Part shown: positions 45,981-56,454 of the stretch, piece by piece
Layout of the letters: every line of letters starts with the position of its first letter
How positions within the stretch are numbered: the stretch's first letter is position 1
Virus record (IMG/VR): IMGVR_UViG_3300031787_000064
Span: 1-64,000 of that record
Strand: one strand, 5' to 3'
DNA from: a virus
DNA: 64,000 bases
The notes under the pieces: model-generated
Told to the model about the DNA's origin: nothing
The model's input: only the letters and a program-made list of their open reading frames with translations
The model's database searches: none
Program-made: the position numbers and the translations under genes

Positions 45981-46600
45981 GTATAACCTCCGTCTATTAT
46001 AATGTTTTGTCCTGATATGAACGTATTCTCTATTGACATTTGGTATACTAGCTTAGCAACCTCTTCTGGTTTTCCAAGTCTTTTAGCCGGAACCTTCTTT
46101 ACAAGTTCTTGTAGTTCTAATTCAGTATTATTCTGATACGTCAAATCTGTTCCTATAAAACCTGGTGATATAGTATTGGCTAAAATCCCTTGGCTTGTAT
46201 ACTCTGCTGCTATTGCTTTAGTTAATGCGTGTAATGCATTTTTGCTTGCACTATAAGCAAGTCTATTAGGTTTTGCTATATTAATCCAAATGCTTCCTAT
46301 GTTTACTATTCTACCGTATCCTTTTGATATCATATAAGGTAAACACTGTTGTACAATTTGCAGAGCAGAGTTATAATTAACCTGCATCACATCATTATCA
46401 GATATGTCTACAATACTTTTTAAAGGGTTAATACCTGCATTGTTAATAACAATATCGTACTCTATATCTTCTAATAGAACATCTGATCTCAAGTCTAATT
46501 GATCTCTCGTAGGACTAATCACATAATGACCATTACTTTTAAAGTATTCTGTGATTGCTTTACCTATGCCTCTAGAACCTCCTGTGACTAATACTTTCAT
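45965..46600 (-). CDS. short-chain dehydrogenase/reductase
   Basis: TGGSRGIG, NNAG, YSASK, PGFIGT, DGG. Confidence 0.9.
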   Translation of the reverse strand: MKVLVTGGSRGIGKAITEYFKSNGHYVISPTRDQLDLRSDVLLEDIEYDIVINNAGINPLKSIVDISDNDVMQVNYNSALQIVQQCLPYMISKGYGRIVNIGSIWINIAKPNRLAYSASKNALHALTKAIAAEYTSQGILANTISPGFIGTDLTYQNNTELELQELVKKVPAKRLGKPEEVAKLVYQMSIENTFISGQNIIIDGGYTCTAN

Positions 46601-46602
46601 GA

Positions 46603-47313
46603 TTATTTAACAAATGTACTATTTCCAAATATTCTTACAATTTCACATTTAGAATTAGAAATAGAAACTGGTATTTTATTATCTCCTATTAAGTATTCTT
46701 TAAGTGCACTTTCATAAAATATTTCATTGTAATTTTTCTTATACCAATAATCATCTATAAAATAATAGTATTTTGTTTTTACATCCATGTAATTTTCTGG
46801 GCCTGCCATCCATATATCATATATACCATCAGGTCTTGAATTTGAACATAAAATATGATCTTTAGATAATTCTTCCACTTTAAATTTTTCTGTATAATTT
46901 ATATCCATTCTAGTTGAAAAATATATATCATATTTTTTATAATTTCTTGCTATTTCAAAAATCTTTCTGGATCCTTCAAGCATATTTTTAACTCCTAAAT
47001 TTGCTCTAGAAAAATGATGGTCTTTAATATACTCTATTGGAACATTAGGATCTTTATCTTGTTCTATATATAATATCTTAGGATTATAGGATGCATGTAT
47101 TCCAGATATGTCTGCTAGCTTTGAAGACTCTTCTAAATTTTTTCCAGTTAAATCATCCCAGCCATTCCAATAAGATCCTCTATTTGTATTAACTGTATTC
47201 CATGTATGAATAAAGATATCACCTGGTATTTGTGAATACACGTTATCAAAAAAATTTCTATAACATGATTTCCATGATCTTGAATGCCCGTGAAATAAAT
47301 AAGCAATTTCCAT
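46603..47313 (-). CDS. hypothetical protein, possible glycosyltransferase-like
   Basis: IAYLFHGHSR...DIFIHTW...YDIYFSTRMD; visibly more AT-rich than its flanks. Confidence 0.55.
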   Translation of the reverse strand: MEIAYLFHGHSRSWKSCYRNFFDNVYSQIPGDIFIHTWNTVNTNRGSYWNGWDDLTGKNLEESSKLADISGIHASYNPKILYIEQDKDPNVPIEYIKDHHFSRANLGVKNMLEGSRKIFEIARNYKKYDIYFSTRMDINYTEKFKVEELSKDHILCSNSRPDGIYDIWMAGPENYMDVKTKYYYFIDDYWYKKNYNEIFYESALKEYLIGDNKIPVSISNSKCEIVRIFGNSTFVK

Positions 47314-47316
47314 TAT

Positions 47317-48117
47317 TTAAATTGTATTTATTGATTGATTAATTCTATCTTGAATCATTTTAATTCTAGATAAATCATAGTTGGCATTCATATTATAATA
47401 CTCGTGTTTACTCATTAACCATTCGTATTCAAACATCTGCGCTTTTGATAATGCTCTAGATAAATTTTTAAGACTTATAGATGGATCAAATATAGCATAT
47501 CTAGTTTCAAACTTATCTAACAACCCTTCCGAATTAAGCTTCTTAAGAAAGTTGAGTGAGTCTACTGATACTGCGCCTCCTAAACAGGCTTTTAATCCCT
47601 TCTCTTTTACTTTACTAAATACAGATTTTGTCATTTTAAATATTTCGTCACTATTAACATAGGATCTATCTTTTCCCATTGAAGAAACTAGATCTACTCT
47701 ACCAACTGTAATAGCATATAAGCTGTCTGCTTCTTTTATTGAAAGTATAGAATCTATATTGGATACCGCTTGTTGGGTTTCTATATTAACTAAAAGCTGT
47801 AATGATGATACTACGTCTTCTGGAAGGGTTTTGTTTATAGAGTCTATAAACTTTTTTAATCCAAATGCTGATTCTACCATCGGAGCCACTACTCCTTTAA
47901 CTCCTATGATAGATAAGTCTTTCATATCTCTTATTGCTTCAGGGCCACCAATCTTTAAATTAAGTTTTACTTTAGATTGATTACAAACTTCTTTTAATCT
48001 AATTGTCTCATTAAAAGTTGCTCCTTCATCTTCAAAGCTTGTTTTTATTCCTATAAGCCCGTCATTCTCTACCAAGTCGGTTAATATCTTTGAACACTTA
48101 AATTCTCTTATATTCAT
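47317..48117 (-). CDS. HpcH/HpaI aldolase / citrate lyase family protein
   Basis: KIGGPEA, GVVAPMVES, NIET, GRVDL. Confidence 0.8.
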   Translation of the reverse strand: MNIREFKCSKILTDLVENDGLIGIKTSFEDEGATFNETIRLKEVCNQSKVKLNLKIGGPEAIRDMKDLSIIGVKGVVAPMVESAFGLKKFIDSINKTLPEDVVSSLQLLVNIETQQAVSNIDSILSIKEADSLYAITVGRVDLVSSMGKDRSYVNSDEIFKMTKSVFSKVKEKGLKACLGGAVSVDSLNFLKKLNSEGLLDKFETRYAIFDPSISLKNLSRALSKAQMFEYEWLMSKHEYYNMNANYDLSRIKMIQDRINQSINTI

Positions 48118-48141
48118 ACTATTTGTTTTTATTTTTTTAAT

Positions 48142-49104
48142 TTACCAAATAAATTTATACTTATAATATTCTACGATAGCTTCAATCTCTTTACTAAATA
48201 CTCTATTAGGTTCCCAACCTAAAGATCTAAGTTTAGAATCATCTAAAGCATATCTAATGTCTTGACCAGGTCTACTGATAGAAAAATCAATAAAGTCTTC
48301 AGGTATTATTGACTCTTCTTTAAAATAAGACTTAACTATAGATTCTACAGTATCTATGTTTCTTTGTTCAAATCCACCGGCTACATTGTATATTTCTCCA
48401 ATAGATCCTTTTTCAATTATAGTCATAACGGCTTCTGCTGTATCTGCTGCGTGTAACCAATTACGATACGGCATTCCATTGTCGTGTAGTGGTATCTTCT
48501 TGCCTATTCTTAAATGCTTAACAGATTTAGGAATTAGCTTCTCTACATATTGACCTATCCCATAATTGTTTGTAGGTCTTATAATCATATAAGGAACTTT
48601 ATGAGTTCTACCCCAAGCCATGACTAACATATCAGCGGCAGCTTTGGTTGCGGAGTAAGGATTGGATGGTTTTAGTATATCCTTTTCTGTATGATCTCCT
48701 GATTCGATATCTCCATATACTTCGTCTGTACTAAAATGGATTAGAACAGGCTTCTCTGTATTCTCTCCTCTGTGATTCTTAATTAGTTCTAATAGGTTGT
48801 GAACACCGTCTACATTTGATTTAACAAACTCTTTACTACTAACTATACTATTACCTACGTGCGTTTCAGCGGCAGTATTAATTACATAATCACAATCATA
48901 TAAGAACTGAACGTCGTTAATGTCTTGTCTTTCAAATGTGAATCTATCTCCGTATTTTTCTGTAAACTCAAATAATAGATCTTCATTAGAAGCGTAAGTA
49001 CATTTATCTATTCCTCTAACATACCAACCCTTTTCTAAACAAGCTCGAGTTACGTAAGATCCTATAAACCCAAAGCATCCTGTAACGTAAACAACTTTTA
49101 TCAT
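48142..49104 (-). CDS. rfbB: dTDP-glucose 4,6-dehydratase
   Basis: TGCFGFIG, AAETHV, STDEVYG, PSNPYSATKA, NNYG, EKLIP, RPGQDIRY. Confidence 0.8.
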   Translation of the reverse strand: MIKVVYVTGCFGFIGSYVTRACLEKGWYVRGIDKCTYASNEDLLFEFTEKYGDRFTFERQDINDVQFLYDCDYVINTAAETHVGNSIVSSKEFVKSNVDGVHNLLELIKNHRGENTEKPVLIHFSTDEVYGDIESGDHTEKDILKPSNPYSATKAAADMLVMAWGRTHKVPYMIIRPTNNYGIGQYVEKLIPKSVKHLRIGKKIPLHDNGMPYRNWLHAADTAEAVMTIIEKGSIGEIYNVAGGFEQRNIDTVESIVKSYFKEESIIPEDFIDFSISRPGQDIRYALDDSKLRSLGWEPNRVFSKEIEAIVEYYKYKFIW

Positions 49105-49955
49105 TTGTCTATTTTTTTATAATGTGATACTAATTTTTTTACTACTTCTTCTATACTATATTTAGTTTTAAAACCATAAGAGTTTAACTTGGCTACGTCT
49201 AAATATGAATGTTCTACCTGTACAATTTTATGAAAAAAAGGTATACTTATTTCAACGATCTTAGAAGTGGAGCTAGATTCTTTCATTGCTATGTCTACAA
49301 CATCAGCTAATTTACTTGGCTTACCACTTCCTATATTGATTATCTCGTTTACGGGTGCATTATCTAAACAACACATTATTGCACTACAAACATCATCTAC
49401 ATAAATATAGTCTCTTAATGCCGTTCCTCCGTTGTATAGATTAACATCTTCACCTTTAACAGCTTGCCTGATCAGGTGTTGCGCAGCATTTTTCTTTTTA
49501 GATATCTTATTGTCTCCTTCTCCAAGTACATTGGCCAGTCTAAAGATTCTATACTTAATATCAAATGTTTCACAAAAGCTTATTAGCATTTGCTCAGCGC
49601 ATCTTTTTGTAATTGAATAAAACCCCGTAGGATTACAAATAGACTTCTCTTCATTGAATGGCACTACTTCATTTTTACCATAGACAAACCAAGAACTTAC
49701 AAAGTTAAATACAAAATCTTTATTGTTCCTGTCTATATTATCTAACACATTCATTAAGACAGTTAGATTAGTATCAATGTCCTTATGTAGATCTACGTGT
49801 ACGTTGTAGTTGTCAATAGTACTAATTAAATACAATACCTGATTTGACTTAGGTACGTAGTCCTCTCTTTCAAGCTTAATTACTTGGTCTGGATACATTT
49901 CACAGAATCTTCCTCCTATGAATCCACTAGCTCCAAATACAGATATATTATTCAT
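49101..49955 (-). CDS. NAD-dependent epimerase/dehydratase
   Basis: GASGFIG, SSWFVYG, YSITK, RDYIYVDD. Confidence 0.85.
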   Translation of the reverse strand: MNNISVFGASGFIGGRFCEMYPDQVIKLEREDYVPKSNQVLYLISTIDNYNVHVDLHKDIDTNLTVLMNVLDNIDRNNKDFVFNFVSSWFVYGKNEVVPFNEEKSICNPTGFYSITKRCAEQMLISFCETFDIKYRIFRLANVLGEGDNKISKKKNAAQHLIRQAVKGEDVNLYNGGTALRDYIYVDDVCSAIMCCLDNAPVNEIINIGSGKPSKLADVVDIAMKESSSTSKIVEISIPFFHKIVQVEHSYLDVAKLNSYGFKTKYSIEEVVKKLVSHYKKIDK

Positions 49956-50733
49956 CTAATATTACTTTTTGAAATTTAGATATGTTATGTTTATTATTTC
50001 TAACAAATTGTTCGTAAGGGTATTGTTGATAATCGTCTAAAACTTTTACCAATGGAACAGGTGACATACCTCTTATTCCACTAGGATCTTGTTTATATTT
50101 GAAGCCAGCAAACTCTCTATTGAATCTAGGTTTATTATCTATATGCGTTTCTATGTTATCGTTTCTTAGTTCATAAGAAGCTTTATTATACAATCCTGGT
50201 ATTTCTATGTCTGGCATTCTTTGTCCAAACATTTCAATATATCTATGAACTATATCTCCGTCTTCTTCTCCAAAACCACAAAGTCTTTCATCAAAGTATC
50301 CTAATTTATGCATGATACTCTTTGTTAGAACAAAATGAGAAAATTGGTTATTGATAGTAAAGAATTGACTTTCTGTATTTTTAATAAAAGATTCTACAAT
50401 AGGAAGTGTTTTAGGATTATCGTAAACCACATCGTCGCAGATCATGAAAATATATTCAGTTTTACTAAATATGATCAACGTATTCCATAGTTTGCACAAA
50501 CTCTTAAACTCTGGGCATATGATAGGATATATGCTTTTATACTGCTTAGATAGATCTAGCATCTCTTGCCTATATTCTTCTGGCATCTCCTCTTCATTAT
50601 TTCCATTCACTGCTATCATAATATCAACCGTATCTGGGACGTGTTGCCTGATTTGGTGCACTAGTTGCTTAACTAGCTCTGCTCTTTGCTTAAATGTGAC
50701 TATTGCTATTGTTATATTAGTATTCACTTTCAA
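49948..50733 (-). CDS. glycosyltransferase, GT-A fold
   Basis: IAIVTF, ICDD, LGYFDERLCGFGEEDGD. Confidence 0.75.
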   Translation of the reverse strand: MKVNTNITIAIVTFKQRAELVKQLVHQIRQHVPDTVDIMIAVNGNNEEEMPEEYRQEMLDLSKQYKSIYPIICPEFKSLCKLWNTLIIFSKTEYIFMICDDVVYDNPKTLPIVESFIKNTESQFFTINNQFSHFVLTKSIMHKLGYFDERLCGFGEEDGDIVHRYIEMFGQRMPDIEIPGLYNKASYELRNDNIETHIDNKPRFNREFAGFKYKQDPSGIRGMSPVPLVKVLDDYQQYPYEQFVRNNKHNISKFQKVILDE

Positions 50734-52291
50734 ATGCTTTATATAGTTTAACCTTTTGTTGCTCTAATTTATCTTCAGACTCTTTACTAACTGTATTAGG
50801 ATGGTCTAAATATATAGCCAAGACTTCTGGTATCAGTTTAAACTTAGCTCCAGCTTTAGCAAACCTTGCCCACATTTCCCAGTCTCCAATGATACTATAT
50901 TCTTCTTGATTAAAATAACCTGCCTTGTCATGTAACTCTTTCTTCCATACAGGATCTGGTCCTATCAGACAAGCTACTTTATAATGATTCTCATAGTTAT
51001 CTGGAAACTGCAAAATGTTTTTCTTACTGAGATCTAGATTGTTGAAGTTTTCATTTGGATCAATAGTAGCTGCGTAATAGTTATAAGCTACATCAAAGTC
51101 GTTGTTCTCAAGAAGATCATATTTTATTTTGGTATTGATAGGATGCCTTAAGTCGTCTACATTCCAATTAGTAAGGTATTTAGTGGTAGCTGCTTTAACT
51201 CCTAGATTCCACGCATGATACATTCCGGCTTTCTTATCTTCTTGTATTAATTTAAAGTTAGGATATTTTTTAAACACATCAAATTGATCAGACCATTCTG
51301 AGTAAACTATAATGTGCTCTGTTTCTAAAAAGAAGTGTTGTTCAATTGCATTATTAAAGTATCTTAGAATATAATCTGAGTATCTGTTCAGAGGTCCTAT
51401 TGCTGTTATTACACTGAGTTTGTAAGGGTTTAGGTTTACTGTCGCTTCATTGTTCATACTCATGAAGTCATAACCCCAGTTACCTAGGTTTGGTATGTTG
51501 TGCTTTTCTGTTTTACTTTTAATGTAGTCTAACTTGTAGTTATTTAACTGGGCAGTTTTAGATATAGTATAAGGAGATATTTTTAATGGAATAAAAGTAT
51601 ATTCTTCTTCCCATTTAAAATCATTGACTGACTCATCATAGGCCTTATTTCCTACTATCTGCACATTGTGCACAAGATTGTTAACATAGTCATAAACTTT
51701 CCAATAGTATTGTTTGATAGCTACATGGGTTTTATCTAACCATTGAAGGTGTGCTATAAACAAACTTTCCGGGTCTAAAGCTTTTTGATTCTTAGGCATT
51801 GGTAAATGAGTAGAGTGGTTTTGTTTCTCTTCAAATTTACAAGCTTCACTATAACAACCTATACGATCTTTAAAATTATTCTTCCAAGGTCCATCTACTC
51901 TTAGAGTATTGCAAGATGTATATTGTTTCCACTGCAAATGAAACACTGTATCTGGGTTGTCATCTAGGAACTGTTCTAATTGTTGTTTAGACATTTGACC
52001 ATCCAGATATTCGTCTGAATCTAAACAGATAATCTTGTTTGAATATTTGTATGCTGTATCAAATAATCTTTGTCTTATATTAGTTTCTATGATAAGACTA
52101 CCATCTTCACCAGTATTAGTTATGATCTCTAGTATGTTGTATGTTTCTTTTACTTCGTTCAAATACTCAAAGCTACCATCATTGCATCTGTCCAACATAA
52201 AAACAAATCCATCAGTATGTTGGCTCCAAATAGGAAGTAACTCTTTAATTAGAGCTAGTTCATTTCTGGCCATTGTTATTTGTACAATCAT
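50717..52291 (-). CDS. two-domain GT2 glycosyltransferase
   Basis: RNE...DRCNDGS...LDSDE; second domain AWNLG...NVDD...GDWEMW. Confidence 0.8.
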   Translation of the reverse strand: MIVQITMARNELALIKELLPIWSQHTDGFVFMLDRCNDGSFEYLNEVKETYNILEIITNTGEDGSLIIETNIRQRLFDTAYKYSNKIICLDSDEYLDGQMSKQQLEQFLDDNPDTVFHLQWKQYTSCNTLRVDGPWKNNFKDRIGCYSEACKFEEKQNHSTHLPMPKNQKALDPESLFIAHLQWLDKTHVAIKQYYWKVYDYVNNLVHNVQIVGNKAYDESVNDFKWEEEYTFIPLKISPYTISKTAQLNNYKLDYIKSKTEKHNIPNLGNWGYDFMSMNNEATVNLNPYKLSVITAIGPLNRYSDYILRYFNNAIEQHFFLETEHIIVYSEWSDQFDVFKKYPNFKLIQEDKKAGMYHAWNLGVKAATTKYLTNWNVDDLRHPINTKIKYDLLENNDFDVAYNYYAATIDPNENFNNLDLSKKNILQFPDNYENHYKVACLIGPDPVWKKELHDKAGYFNQEEYSIIGDWEMWARFAKAGAKFKLIPEVLAIYLDHPNTVSKESEDKLEQQKVKLYKAFESEY

Positions 52292-53274
52292 TTTGAAAGT
52301 AGTTTAAACATTCTATGTTTCCAATCGTCTACTGAATAAAATAGTTGGTAGTTCTTTTTAGCTTGATAAGAACACTCTTCATAGAACAGTTTATCTTCTT
52401 TAAGTTGTTTAGCCAGTTCAACTGCTCTTTGTACATCATTAACATCTACAGACAAATTAGAGTGGCAAAGCTTTTGAGTATCTACTTCACGGTTACCGAT
52501 ACAAGGAATTCCTAGATAAGCGCAGTTAAGTGCAAATGTGCCTGCTGCAATGGTAGGCATCATATGAACTGCATACTTGAATGTAGATAGATTCTTCATC
52601 CAATCTAACCATGACATTCTAGGTAGGTGGTTAATGCCTCCTATTAGATTCTCATTCTCTCTTTTAGCGTGACTATCTTGAACAAATATAGGATTGTTAA
52701 ACTCTGAGGCCACTATATAACTTTCGAATCCTCCATACCATCTTGCCATGTTTCCTCCAATGATAGTCTTGTCTTCTTTGTTTGGAGTAATGTCTTTGAT
52801 CAAGTCGTGGATCATTAGAGTATGTATGGCGTTCACAGGTTTGTTTTGGAACATTCCTTTGTAATATACAGTATCATGTTCATTGTGACAGAAGATCGAA
52901 TCACACGCGGCTATCATGTTATAGTAATAGACCTGGTCATATATCTCATAATCATTCCACAACCAATGTGGACCTTCTTGAATAAAGTGTATTTTCTTGT
53001 TGTTCTTTTTTAAAGTATCTATAAAATTACTTCGAAGAATACCAGATGTAGGATTTTGTTCATCACTTAATTTAGTTCCTATTGAGTTAAGGTAGACCGC
53101 TCCTTTAGGAAAAATAATGAATACATGATCATAATCATTTATTTTATTAAAAAGAGTTATGTTGAAGTGGTCTGCGTCTAGCGCATACATCCATGCAAAC
53201 TCTGTCCTCATATTAGGATATGTAGGAAGTGTTTTTCCATTGAATGGTAATTCTGTTAAAAATGCTATTTTCAT
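52288..53274 (-). CDS. putative glycosyltransferase (GT-B-like)
   Basis: MKIAF..., AAGTFALNCAYLGIPCIG in the C-terminal domain; cluster context. Confidence 0.6.
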   Translation of the reverse strand: MKIAFLTELPFNGKTLPTYPNMRTEFAWMYALDADHFNITLFNKINDYDHVFIIFPKGAVYLNSIGTKLSDEQNPTSGILRSNFIDTLKKNNKKIHFIQEGPHWLWNDYEIYDQVYYYNMIAACDSIFCHNEHDTVYYKGMFQNKPVNAIHTLMIHDLIKDITPNKEDKTIIGGNMARWYGGFESYIVASEFNNPIFVQDSHAKRENENLIGGINHLPRMSWLDWMKNLSTFKYAVHMMPTIAAGTFALNCAYLGIPCIGNREVDTQKLCHSNLSVDVNDVQRAVELAKQLKEDKLFYEECSYQAKKNYQLFYSVDDWKHRMFKLLSK

Positions 53275-54245
53275 TTATATTCGTTTTTCCAGTATTCAAT
53301 CATTTCGTCTAGCATAGTTTCGAAAGTATATTTAGGCTGCCAACCAGTAACTTGCTTTAACTTAGTGCAATCGCCTTTCAATACATCTAGCTCTTCTGGT
53401 CTAAGATACTTCTGATCTTGCTTTACCCACTGTCTCCAGTTTAAACCAAGTTTATCAAACACATACTCACACAACTCTCTTACAGTGTGTGATATACCAG
53501 TTGAACAAACAAAGTCATCTGATTTATCTTGCTGAAGTATTAACCACATTGCTTCAACAAAATCTTTGGCATGACCCCAATCTCTTGAAGCATCTAAGTT
53601 ACCAAGTCTTAACTCATTAGACAGACCATAGTATATCTTTACAGCTTCTTTAACAACTTTGTTAGTTACGAAGTTAGTACCACGCCTTGGTGATTCATGA
53701 TTGAAAAGTATACCATTTGAAACAAATAAATTATAAGAATGTCTGTAGTTCCTTGAAATATTATAACCAAATACTTTAGCACAACCATAAGGAGATACTG
53801 GATTCAAAGGAGTTGTTTCTCTTTGGAACCCATCTTCATCTATTGAATTACCAAACATTTCTGATGAAGACGCTTGATACACCTTTGTGGTTGGGCAAAC
53901 TTCTTTTACTACCTCTAATAGATTCAATACTCCAATACCTGTTGCATTAGCTGTGTATATAGGTTGATCAAATGATATTCTAACGTGTGATTGTGCAGCT
54001 AGATTATAGATCTCATTAGGCTTTACTTTGTTAATCACTCTATAAAGAGAAGAAATGTCTGTCATATCAGCGTAGTCCAGATTGTCTCTTATGCTTTGGA
54101 ATATATCATTAAGTCTTGCTGTTTGGTTCTCTGATACAGAGTTTCTCTTGAGTATACCATGAACTTCATAACCTTTATCTAATAAGAAACTGGTTAAATA
54201 AGATCCATCTTGGCCATTGATACCTGTAATTAAAGCCTTTTTCAT
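53271..54245 (-). CDS. gmd: GDP-mannose 4,6-dehydratase
   Basis: ALITGINGQDGSYL, NLAAQSHV, SPYGCAK, NGILFNHESPRRG, RDWGHA. Confidence 0.95.
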   Translation of the reverse strand: MKKALITGINGQDGSYLTSFLLDKGYEVHGILKRNSVSENQTARLNDIFQSIRDNLDYADMTDISSLYRVINKVKPNEIYNLAAQSHVRISFDQPIYTANATGIGVLNLLEVVKEVCPTTKVYQASSSEMFGNSIDEDGFQRETTPLNPVSPYGCAKVFGYNISRNYRHSYNLFVSNGILFNHESPRRGTNFVTNKVVKEAVKIYYGLSNELRLGNLDASRDWGHAKDFVEAMWLILQQDKSDDFVCSTGISHTVRELCEYVFDKLGLNWRQWVKQDQKYLRPEELDVLKGDCTKLKQVTGWQPKYTFETMLDEMIEYWKNEYK

Positions 54246-55144
54246 TTCCTTATTGTCTCGTAGTTTTCATTGAACCAATCAATTGTTTCTTTTAATCCTA
54301 TCTCAAGTGGAATAAAATTATAATTGCCTATGATATCTATAAGTCTTTGATTAGAAGACGGCTTTCTAAACTGTCCATCTGGTTTATCTGTAAGCCATTT
54401 GACTTCACCTTTAAATTCCATGTACTGAACAATCAGATCAACCACTTCTTTAATAGAGTATTCTTTTGGATTAGAGATTATAACAGGATCAGTTCCATCA
54501 TAATTTTCTAGTAGTAGATCAATTATGTTTGCTACATCTTCTGAGAAGACAAACTCTCTTAAAGGTTTACCAGATCCCCATACTTCAAAAGCTGTATTAT
54601 TCTTTTTAGCTAGATAGCATTTATGAATAAGCATTGGAATAACGTGACCATTCTCAAGGTCAAAGTTATCATTAGGACCATAAATGTTTGTTGGTATTAC
54701 ACAGAAGTATTTTGTGCCGTATTGTTTATTGTATGCTTGTATTTGAACGTCTGCCATTCTCTTTGCATATGCGTATGGTGCATTAGAGAAGTGAGGTTCA
54801 CCTTTATGTATCTTAGTTTCATCTAATGGATATTCTACATTGTCTGGAAATACACACGTAGATAGAAAACAAACAAGCTTCTTAACTCCAAATATGTAGG
54901 CTTCATTTATAACATTTGTATTCATCATAATGTTGTTATAAAAGAAGTCAGCGGGATAATTCATATTAGCCCCAACACCACCTACTGTAGCAGCTGTATG
55001 GACCACTACACCTGGCTTATGATCCATAAACATCTTTCTAGTTTGCACTTCTGATATTAGGTTGTAGTGCTTAGAAGATAATTTAGTGCCATCTTTAAAA
55101 GCAGAACCAACCAAACCAGTTCCTCCAGTTATGATCTTCTTCAT
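54242..55144 (-). CDS. fcl: GDP-L-fucose synthase / GDP-4-keto-6-deoxy-sugar epimerase-reductase
   Basis: GGTGLVG, AATVGG..AN, LSTCVFP, YAYAKR, PTNIYGPNDNF...HVIP, WGSGKPLREF, KPDG. Confidence 0.9.
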   Translation of the reverse strand: MKKIITGGTGLVGSAFKDGTKLSSKHYNLISEVQTRKMFMDHKPGVVVHTAATVGGVGANMNYPADFFYNNIMMNTNVINEAYIFGVKKLVCFLSTCVFPDNVEYPLDETKIHKGEPHFSNAPYAYAKRMADVQIQAYNKQYGTKYFCVIPTNIYGPNDNFDLENGHVIPMLIHKCYLAKKNNTAFEVWGSGKPLREFVFSEDVANIIDLLLENYDGTDPVIISNPKEYSIKEVVDLIVQYMEFKGEVKWLTDKPDGQFRKPSSNQRLIDIIGNYNFIPLEIGLKETIDWFNENYETIRK

Positions 55145-56454
55145 AGCTTACTTACAAATTGATCTAAAATAGTTTCAATATAGTCAGTCTTTTCTTTATC
55201 AATAACAGGACTTGTGCCTAAGAAGAATGTGTCTGTTGTAACTTTACGAGCAACAGGAAAATTCTCTATCACATCTTTAGGATCCATAAGTCCTTTGTAT
55301 GCTGGTTGAAGCATAATGTTGCCAGCAAAGTAAGGTCTAGTTTGAATCATATTCGCTTCAAAGAACTTACAGATATCAGACCTTTTGAAAGGAGCATCAT
55401 CTTTTACGGTAACAGGAAATGCAAACCAATCTGGATCAGATCCTGGTTGTGCTTTATGTAAGTGGAAGTACTGTTCATATTTAGAGAATGCATTAAACAA
55501 GTTAGTATAGTTCTCACGACGTTTAACTCCTATCTCTTGTAGCTTATTCATTTGAACAAGACCAATAGACGCTTGTAGTTCAATTGGTTTTAGATTATAA
55601 CCAATCTCTTCATAAACGTATTTGTGATCAAAGATATCGTTCGGTAGTGCTGGTAGCCAATTGCTAAATCTACAACCACACGTTCCGTTCTCTAATAGGT
55701 TTTGTTTACCAATACAGTAGCAACCACGACCCCACTCTCTAAAGCTACGGATAATAGTTTCAAGTTGTGGATCATTCATAGCAACAAAACCACCTTCACC
55801 CATTGTCATATGGTGTGCAGGATAGAACGAACAACTTGCCATCATACCAAATGAACCTAAAGGCTTTCCTTCGAATGTAGAGCCTAAAGCATCACAACAA
55901 TCTTCTAACAAGATTAGTTTATACTTTTCTACAATTTCCATTAGCCTGTTCATATTAGGAGGATTTCCTAGTACGTGAGCAAATGTAATGATCTTACAAT
56001 CAGGGTATTTAATGCAGGCCTCTTCTACTTGATCAAGGTTTAGGTTTAATGTATCTAGTTCAATATCTACAAAGATAGGTGAGAATCCTACTTGAAGTAT
56101 TGGATTGATAGTAGTTGGAAAACCTGCAATAGGTGTAATTACTTTTGTACCTTTAGGAAAAGCCAAACCTCTTTTAGACGTCATTGCTAACATCATAACT
56201 AAGTTAGCACTAGAACCACTATTAAGTAGTAGTCCATATTCTTTTCCAAATAGTTTAGGAAACTTTCTCTCAAACTTGTTAGCCTCTGCTCCTAATACTA
56301 ACCACTCTCCTAATAGAGTTTTAACTGCTGCTATATACTCTTCAGAAGAAAAATAAGGTCCAGCATACTGAACCCAATCTTTTCCAGCAGTCCAGGTTTT
56401 CTTACTATGTTTTTCTTTAATGTACTGATCTACTAAGTCTAATATTTCTTTCAT
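55141..56454 (-). CDS. rfbH: NDP-4-keto-6-deoxyhexose 3-dehydratase (E1/DdhC, PMP and Fe-S dependent)
   Basis: NSGSSANL, EDCCDALG, SFYPAHHMTMGEGG (His in place of Lys), WGRGCYC...TC Fe-S motif. Confidence 0.9.
   Translation of the reverse strand: MKEILDLVDQYIKEKHSKKTWTAGKDWVQYAGPYFSSEEYIAAVKTLLGEWLVLGAEANKFERKFPKLFGKEYGLLLNSGSSANLVMMLAMTSKRGLAFPKGTKVITPIAGFPTTINPILQVGFSPIFVDIELDTLNLNLDQVEEACIKYPDCKIITFAHVLGNPPNMNRLMEIVEKYKLILLEDCCDALGSTFEGKPLGSFGMMASCSFYPAHHMTMGEGGFVAMNDPQLETIIRSFREWGRGCYCIGKQNLLENGTCGCRFSNWLPALPNDIFDHKYVYEEIGYNLKPIELQASIGLVQMNKLQEIGVKRRENYTNLFNAFSKYEQYFHLHKAQPGSDPDWFAFPVTVKDDAPFKRSDICKFFEANMIQTRPYFAGNIMLQPAYKGLMDPKDVIENFPVARKVTTDTFFLGTSPVIDKEKTDYIETILDQFVSKL

Noticed and set aside
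53271-56454. Simple GDP-colitose (gmd-colD-colC) operon
   Set aside because: The dehydratase has the E1/RfbH SFYPAHH motif and Fe-S cysteines rather than the ColD pattern; the nucleotide specificity cannot be settled from sequence alone.
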